Assembly (NCBI GenBank): GCA_032249135.1
Contig: JAVVGL010000004.1
Coordinates: 1 to 64,000, forward strand
Direction: 5' to 3'
DNA: 64,000 nucleotides
DNA from: Candidatus Calescibacterium sp.
GTDB lineage: Bacteria; Calescibacteriota; Calescibacteriia; Calescibacteriales; Calescibacteriaceae
Positions 57,711 to 64,000 of the stretch are shown here, one piece after another. A model generated the notes under the pieces. That model saw only the letters and a program-made list of their open reading frames with translations, made no database searches and had not been told where the DNA came from. Numbering within the stretch: the stretch's first letter is position 1; each line of letters begins with the position of its first letter. A program made the position numbers and the translations under genes.

Positions 57711-59374
57711 GTGCTTTTGACCAAAACTTATTCTTTCAGAAATTTCAGAGAGAAATTTGATAAAGTTAATCCAACTATTTTGTTAGTGTTCCTTTTTATT
57801 ATTACCTTTCTCCCAAATATTATTGTATATAACCGAACACATGCCGCGGGAGATATAGCAGAATACATTAATAATCCCTTGAGAATCATATATGGAGAAT
57901 TACCTTATAGAGATTTTTGGTTGATATTTCCTCCCGGTGAGGTTTTTTGCCTGCCTTTATATATAAGGTATTTGGATTGAATGTTAATATCTTGCTTGCT
58001 TTGACAGTTTTCCTCAACTCCTTTATTAGTGTTTCTTCTTTTCTTGTAGCAAGGCAAATATTCAAGGACAATTTCTTTTCTTCAGTAGCTACTATTTTAG
58101 TTATCTTCAACGGTTTAAGACATTACGGAGGTTTTATTTATATACACGTGTATTTTTTATTTCTTCTTATATCTGCTTTCTTCCTTTTGAGATACCTAAA
58201 AGATGAAAAACTTACAAATCTGTTTTTAACAGGAGTATTTTTGGGTTTAGCTTCTTTTTTTAAGTTGTATGAGGTTGGGGCAGCTTCTCTTTCGTTCCTT
58301 TTATTGGTTCTTATTTGGGCAAAACTTAAAAAAAAGAAAATCAAATCCATCGCTACCATGCTTTTCGTCCTTTTTGGTGGATCATTTTTATTTCCTGTTA
58401 TTACCTCTATTATTTTGATAGATATTTGGAAAGAAATGTTAAGATGGGTATTGATAGAGTCTGTATTACATGGTACATCTATGAATTTGCCATACTTTAC
58501 TGATTCTCGTTGGTACTTAGATAGAATTTTAGAGGATTTCAACAGTATCAAAGGAGGGAATTACTACAAGATTAGGTTATTTCATGATATAGTCGGTCTT
58601 ATATACACTACAACATCATATCTTTTGCCTTTTATTATTTTAGCTACATCTATTTTTTATCTGATATATGGAAGATATCTGAAAAATGAAAGGTACATTA
58701 TAGTGCTTTTTTTACTTTGGGGATTTTTTACTTTTCCAAAATCTTTTGGTCGTTCTGATATGAGCCATTTGGTAATATCCATTAATCCATTATTTTTCCT
58801 CGTAGTCTTCTTTTTGTGGAAAAGTATGCAAGATTTCAATAAAAATTTATTCAATAAAGTTCTCAGGTCAGCATATGCTATAATAACTCTTTTACTATTG
58901 CTTTCGGTTCCACATTTTTTTATTTATATCGCATTTCAGCTGAAAACTTATCGTCATCCGGTTGAGGCAAAGTATGGAACTCTGCTTTTCAAAGATCATT
59001 CAGATGCGAAAAATGTAAATGCTGTTATCAAATATATTGATCAAAATACGAACGAAGGAGATTATATTTTTGTTACCCCATGGTTTGCTCCCCCTCTTTA
59101 TGCCCTAACTAACAGAAGAAATCCTACCTATTATGATTCGCTAATTGATCCTATTGTCCTGCCATCAGAGGAAAAGCAGTTAAAAATTTGCGATGATCTT
59201 CTACGAAAGAATACTAAACTTGTGATTCATTATCCTGATTTCGGATATAGTGCAGGACATTTTATGAGCTCTTGTCCAATGTTGCAGAAATGTATAGAGG
59301 ATAACTTTGATTTAGTAGTAAAATACGGAAATTACTGGATATATAAGAGGAGGGAAATAAGAAACATGGAATAA
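57711..59374 (+). pseudogene. GT-C superfamily (ArnT/PMT-like) membrane glycosyltransferase, frameshifted
   Basis: GELPYRDFWLIFPPG in ORF 57711-57980 continues into ORF 57947-59374 if T6 at 57943-57948 is T7; many TMs; NTNEGDYIFV..YALTNRRNP C-terminal motif. Confidence 0.75.
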
Positions 59375-59502
59375 GAGTTAAAGATATATGCAACAGGGCG
59401 AAAAATTATAGTAGTTTGTTTGTCCCTTTTGCGTTTTTTCTCGTCTAATTTTAAATTTCTGCTTTAAAAAATTTTTTCTTTTTGGAAACAAAATTCTGAC
59501 TT

Positions 59503-60801
59503 ATGGTGGTTTTTGCCTTTTTGTTTTTTGCTATAAATCTTACATTAGATGAGGCAGTAAAAATAGCTGTTGAAAATAATCTTTCAGTCTCTTCTCAAAG
59601 ATACTCTCTCAAAGATGTTGAATATACTGCAAAAGCTGCCTGGTCTTATGTGCTTCCAAGATTAGTTGTTGATTCGTCTTACAGAAGAAACCTTGAACTA
59701 CCGGAAGCTCAAATAGGTATGCAAAAAGTAAAAGTAGGAAAGCCAGATCAAACCCAAATTACTCTGTCTTTGGTTCAATCTCTACCTATTGATGGTTCTG
59801 TTTGGTACCTCAAAGAAGCTCAAAAGTATTCTTACGATTCTCAATCATACTCGTTTTTGGCTTTCAAGAACGAAATAATTTTCAGAGTTGTAAATCTTTA
59901 CATTACAATTTCTAAACTTTTGCTCTCTCAAAATATAGCAAAGGAAAATTTAGAGAGGATGAAAAAGCATTATGAGGTCGCTCAAAACCTTTTTTCTGCT
60001 GGACTTATTCCCGAAGTTGATCTCACAAGAATAGAAACATCTTTGTATGAAGCTCAACTTCAACTTAAAAATATAGAAATTCAGCTCCACCAGAACCTGC
60101 AAAATTTTCTTCTGATTTTGGGCAAAGATGATATAGATCCTATTCCTTCTCAATCTATTGATGAACTCATTTTTATTTTTGATCCTTTCGGATTTTTTGA
60201 CTCAATAACCCAAGAAAAGATAGATATAGAAAATTCTCCTGATATATCATCTATAAGATTTAGGGTTTTGCAATTGGATAGACTTTCAAAAGCTCAAAGA
60301 GGACAACTCTTCCCGCAAATATCTTTTGGTTTTTCTCTCATAAACTCTTTCGGTTCTTTTATTGAACAAAGGAATATACCCGTTTTATCTGTTGGAGCAA
60401 ATTTGACTTTTGATTTTGGTGGAACTTACCACAACTACCTTGCAGTAAAGCAAAGAAAAATATCAGTTGAGTTTCAACTTGAAGATTTGAAAAGACAAAA
60501 AATCAAAAGCTTGGAAATGGTTATTAAAGAATATGAACTTGTAAAAAGCAGACTTGAACTCGCTCAAAGCAGACTTGCATCAGCTGAAAAATCCTTGAAA
60601 TCAGCAGAGGAACTTTTCAGATATGGAAAACTAACTTCTGTTGACCTTATGGATTATGAGTTCCAATACGAAAACGCAAAATTTGACATCATATCAGCAA
60701 AAGCTGATTTATTACTCCTTATGTGGAGAACTATTTACTTGACAGGACAGCTAGAGCAGTTTTTCATATCAAAAAATCATGTTGGCAAAAAGTCTAACTA
60801 G
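59503..60801 (+). CDS. TolC family outer-membrane efflux protein
   Basis: LTLDEAVKIAVENN, LPRL, FSAGLI..DL, LFPQIS, FRYGKLTSVDL. Confidence 0.85.
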   Translation: MVVFAFLFFAINLTLDEAVKIAVENNLSVSSQRYSLKDVEYTAKAAWSYVLPRLVVDSSYRRNLELPEAQIGMQKVKVGKPDQTQITLSLVQSLPIDGSVWYLKEAQKYSYDSQSYSFLAFKNEIIFRVVNLYITISKLLLSQNIAKENLERMKKHYEVAQNLFSAGLIPEVDLTRIETSLYEAQLQLKNIEIQLHQNLQNFLLILGKDDIDPIPSQSIDELIFIFDPFGFFDSITQEKIDIENSPDISSIRFRVLQLDRLSKAQRGQLFPQISFGFSLINSFGSFIEQRNIPVLSVGANLTFDFGGTYHNYLAVKQRKISVEFQLEDLKRQKIKSLEMVIKEYELVKSRLELAQSRLASAEKSLKSAEELFRYGKLTSVDLMDYEFQYENAKFDIISAKADLLLLMWRTIYLTGQLEQFFISKNHVGKKSN

Positions 60802-60814
60802 CTTTGCCGCAATG

Positions 60815-61060
60815 AGAACGACCCCATTTTCAGGGCGGCCCTGCAAAGCCATCAGGACCTAACCTCATCGCTACCCCCTCCCACTTCCCTTGCACCATCA
60901 CAGGGCGCAAGGGAGAGAAGTCCCTCATACAGAACCTCCCAAGGAGAGGTATAGCGAAGGCTACCCTCAGAACTCGCCAGAATTTCTGTCCGCTTTCCGG
61001 ACCCCTCACAGGTTCCTTCCTCAGGTTCCCCTGCTTTTGGGTCTCTGGCTCACTCTGAGA
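60815..61060 (-). ncRNA. Candidate omegaRNA/reRNA overlapping the 3' end of tnpB
   Basis: Abrupt GC-rich segment with nested hairpins (tcccttgcgcc/ggtgcaaggga; gtccg-gaaag-cggac; ggtcctg/cagggcc); TnpB RNAs usually overlap the gene end. Confidence 0.45.
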
Positions 61061-62413
61061 GCTTTTATTTGTTTCCATCAAAAATTTTTCCAAAAATTTC
61101 TCCAAAAATTTCTTCTCCTTCTTCAACCTCCTCAAATCCCTCTTTATTCCATTTGCTTTGTATTTGTTTTTTTCTTGATTCAACTTATTTCTCAATTCCT
61201 CCTCCATTTTCCCTAATCTCCATAATGCATATTGAATGTAAATCTGGCTTTTGAGAAGCTTTTTGTAGTTCTCTGGTATTTCTTCCTGAAAACCTAACGC
61301 TTTCCTACCTATAACATATGCTCCTGCTATATCTTTATCTATAAAATACTGCGGACAATATTTCATCATACCTATAACTGATGTGAAAGCTGGATTTACC
61401 TTCACTACCTCTATTCCTTCCTGAATTGCTAAGCTCTCTATCTTTTTCAGTATTCTCCTATAAGAGAAAAATTGTAGGATTTTTCTGAGCTTTGCTTTAC
61501 CATCCCCTCTCTTTCCTTTTGGGAGCTTTCCAATATCCTCAATTGCTATTGCTTTATTTTTTTCTTTTGCAAATTTTATAACCTCGTGAGCTATCAACCA
61601 CTCCTCATATTCTTTCCTATTTCTGCTTTTGTATTTCAAAAGATAAGAAAGATAGATTGATTTGTAGCTTTGCAAATTACCATCAGGAGAAACTTCTGCA
61701 AGAGCAAGATGGAAAGGTCTTGCATTCACATCTATTCCTATTACTCCCTTTGATTTCGTAATTGTTTGAGGGGGAACATCAAGAGAAAATCTGACAAATC
61801 CGTATATTTGACCATCTTTGAGTTTTAGCTCAACAGTGTAAGGGAATTGCTCTCCCGATAAGATTTTTGCCAAAAACAAAGCCCACTTATCTGATTTCCC
61901 ACTCAAATCTCTCTTTACCCTTGCTAATATAAATTTCCTGTTCTTCAAAGCTATTCTTAACAGAAGATTGTTTTTACCATTTTCAGCAGGGATAAATCTG
62001 AGATTAAGGTTTCCTTTGTGAGTTTTGTGCTTTGCGCCTATGCTTAACAAAGTTCCCTGCCTTTTTTCTTTCCATTTTCTCTTAAGCTCCTTCAATCTTT
62101 TTCCTTGAAGATAATTCTTTTTGAGCTTTTCAAATAGAGTTCTACCACCGAATATAAGCTTTTTTGGATTCTGTCCTCTTGCTTTGCAACTTTGAAAAAT
62201 CTCTCTTGCTTTCTCAACTGCACAATTTACATAATGAGAGTTGAGTTCTGGGAATTTCTGTCTTGTTATTGTGTAAGCTTGCAAAGTGGTAAAACCCTCA
62301 AGAAGTCTCTTGTATGAAAATCTTACAGCAGAAGAGAAACTTCTCATAAGTTTCAGGATTTGTTCTTTCTCTTCCCTATTTACAACGAGTTTGAAACTTG
62401 TAGTTATGAACAT
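60830..62413 (-). CDS. tnpB: IS200/IS605 accessory TnpB-related RuvC nuclease (527 aa, no zinc finger)
   Basis: MRSFSSAVRFSYKRL, LIFGGR, GNLNLR; RuvC-I GIDVN, RuvC-II AIEDI, VNPAFTS, RuvC-III DKDIAGAYVIGRK. Confidence 0.88.
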   Translation of the reverse strand: MFITTSFKLVVNREEKEQILKLMRSFSSAVRFSYKRLLEGFTTLQAYTITRQKFPELNSHYVNCAVEKAREIFQSCKARGQNPKKLIFGGRTLFEKLKKNYLQGKRLKELKRKWKEKRQGTLLSIGAKHKTHKGNLNLRFIPAENGKNNLLLRIALKNRKFILARVKRDLSGKSDKWALFLAKILSGEQFPYTVELKLKDGQIYGFVRFSLDVPPQTITKSKGVIGIDVNARPFHLALAEVSPDGNLQSYKSIYLSYLLKYKSRNRKEYEEWLIAHEVIKFAKEKNKAIAIEDIGKLPKGKRGDGKAKLRKILQFFSYRRILKKIESLAIQEGIEVVKVNPAFTSVIGMMKYCPQYFIDKDIAGAYVIGRKALGFQEEIPENYKKLLKSQIYIQYALWRLGKMEEELRNKLNQEKNKYKANGIKRDLRRLKKEKKFLEKFLEKFLMETNKSSQSEPETQKQGNLRKEPVRGPESGQKFWRVLRVAFAIPLLGRFCMRDFSPLRPVMVQGKWEGVAMRLGPDGFAGPP

Positions 62414-62501
62414 ATAAATTAAACAAATTGTAATAATTGATTTTGGCTTAAAGCGGAATTTTGTAAAATTTTTGAATTTAGGGAAGAAATTATAATTTCA
62501 G

Positions 62502-62522
62502 ATGATTGCGACAAAGCATTTT
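62502..62522. repeat. Dispersed repeat atgattgcgacaaagcatttt
   Basis: Exact reverse complement of 40078-40098. Confidence 0.85.
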
Positions 62523-62567
62523 TAAATCATAAAATGTGTAAAATCCCTTTTTATGATTGGAGTTTTG

Positions 62568-64000
62568 ATGATAAATAGAGTTCATTTTGTTTTACTTCCT
62601 TTTCTTATCATTTCTTTCGGTCAGCTTACTTCCTGCTCTTCCTCTGCTCCTTCTAAATTAAGTGAAAATTACAAAGTTGTTCAGAGGTTAAATCTTATAA
62701 GAGTTGGAACTTCAAACATCAAATGGGAGCTTTACCTTGGTACAGGCGGGTACCAAAAATTAGAAGAGAAAGTTTTGAGTTCTTTTGAGTTTTCTCCCTC
62801 TGGTATTGAATCTGGTATTGAAAATCAGTTTGTTTCAGCTAAATTAGAGAAAAAAGACGATTTCGCTGTTATTTATGTGAGATCAAAGCTTTACGACTTT
62901 GATTTCAAGCAGGATATTTTACCTTTTATAGAACTTGAATTTCTATGTGGTGATAAAGAAAGATTTTTCGGTTTCGGCTCGTGGGCAGATTATGCCGACG
63001 CAACAGGAAGGAAAAGACTGATATACACACAAGAACAGCATGTTGGAGGAGAAATGACAGATGATGGAAAAATAGTAAATCAGCCATGGCCTTTTGGTGA
63101 ATTACTAACTTATTTTCCTGTTCCATTTTTTGTTTCTTCTCAAAACTATGCATTTTTTGTCACAGGATTTGACCCTATCGTTTTTTCCATATGTGAAGAT
63201 GGGAAAGTATGGAAAGTCAAGGTTTTCAATAATTCCGCCACATTTTTTGTTTTTGGCTGGAAAGAAAAACCCCTTGAAGCAATTAAAAAATTTACCGGAA
63301 TTGTAGGCAGACAAAAAACTCCACCAATATGGGCTTTTGGAAACTGGATAGATGCGATAGGAGGTCAGAAAAAAGTAGAAAATACAGCTCTTTTTTTGAG
63401 AGAAAATAAAATTCCTTCTTCTGCTATATGGACGGAAGATTGGGCAGGTGGTTTCAGGAGAACAGAAGATATATACACAATAGAAGGTTGGGATACAGAA
63501 CCATCTTATGAGCTTTATCCAGATATAAAATCTTTATCATCAAAACTTCACTCATTAGGATTTAGATTTTTGGGGTATTTCCACCATTTTGTCGGAAAAA
63601 ATAAAAAAGCCTTTTCATACTTTCAGGAAAACGAACTTTTGCTAAAAGCAAAAGATGGAAAAACAAGATTTGTTTTCTTTATACCAGAAGCTCAAGATGT
63701 TGGTTTGCTTGACCTTGAAAACCCAAAAACTTGGGAAGCTATGAAATCTATAATGAAAAGTGTGGCAAGTTTGGGCTTTTCCGGATGGATGGCTGACTTT
63801 GGAGAATGGGTAACTCCTGATATGATTTCATTTTCAGGTAAAACAGGTTGGCAACTTCATAACCTTTATCCGTATCTTTGGGCAAAACTCAACAGAGAAT
63901 TTTGGGAAGAGTTTTCTCAATCTGATTTTGTCTTCTTTTCAAGGTCTGGATTTACTGGTTCTTGGGTGTTTTCTCCTGTTGTTTGGCAAGGAGATCAGAA
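62568..64000 (+). CDS. Glycoside hydrolase family 31 lipoprotein (YihQ-like), 3'-truncated by window edge; absent from ORF track
   Basis: Manual translation: lipobox LTSC, TYFPVPFFVSS, PPIWAFG, WTEDWAG, GWMADFGEW (nucleophile), HNLYPYLW, FFSRSG, WQGDQ. Confidence 0.88.
   Translation, partial: MINRVHFVLLPFLIISFGQLTSCSSSAPSKLSENYKVVQRLNLIRVGTSNIKWELYLGTGGYQKLEEKVLSSFEFSPSGIESGIENQFVSAKLEKKDDFAVIYVRSKLYDFDFKQDILPFIELEFLCGDKERFFGFGSWADYADATGRKRLIYTQEQHVGGEMTDDGKIVNQPWPFGELLTYFPVPFFVSSQNYAFFVTGFDPIVFSICEDGKVWKVKVFNNSATFFVFGWKEKPLEAIKKFTGIVGRQKTPPIWAFGNWIDAIGGQKKVENTALFLRENKIPSSAIWTEDWAGGFRRTEDIYTIEGWDTEPSYELYPDIKSLSSKLHSLGFRFLGYFHHFVGKNKKAFSYFQENELLLKAKDGKTRFVFFIPEAQDVGLLDLENPKTWEAMKSIMKSVASLGFSGWMADFGEWVTPDMISFSGKTGWQLHNLYPYLWAKLNREFWEEFSQSDFVFFSRSGFTGSWVFSPVVWQGDQ

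Larger units (their letters stand above)
60801..62517 (-). mobile_element. Putative non-autonomous TnpB-carrying element bracketed by 13-bp inverted repeats
   Basis: gctttgccgcaat (60801-60813) and attgcgacaaagc (62505-62517), one mismatch; no TnpA; ends not confirmed. Confidence 0.5.

Noticed and set aside
60830-62413. Cas12f/type V CRISPR effector or nuclease-dead TldR call
   Set aside because: No array or cas1/cas2 nearby, and all three RuvC acidic residues are present
40084-62524. A 22-kb integrated mobile element between the split-palindrome sites
   Set aside because: Content is core (coaX, pdxA, thiE, mreBCD, tRNAs) with no integrase; kept only as a repeat/rearrangement observation

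Overview
AT-rich chromosomal segment of a diderm bacterium (LolA, CpoB, SurA, TolC, MreBCD). The E/K/I-rich proteins suggest a thermophile, but that is inference. Housekeeping genes are scattered in shuffled order (fadD, pstA, plsC, acs, trpG/pabA, pyrB, ftsK, mdh, pgi, mtnP, dapB, coaX, pdxA, thiE, mreBCD, fcl, tRNA-Gly, tRNA-Thr) and are mixed with accessory loci. The main accessory signals are: (1) two unrelated surface-lipoprotein genes that share an identical 146-bp promoter/structured-leader/signal-peptide block; (2) a solo TnpB-type RuvC nuclease with a structured 3' RNA-like tail, bracketed by 13-bp inverted repeats that recur elsewhere in the window; (3) two Rpn-like nuclease genes with a candidate internal antitoxin start, one of them with a broken toxin half; (4) two surface genes broken by slippage-type frameshifts; (5) many short tandem duplications; (6) an apparent strand-skew flip near a dif-like site beside ftsK. 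No CRISPR array, rRNA, integrase or TnpA was seen. All family calls come from motif recognition by eye; no database search was run.
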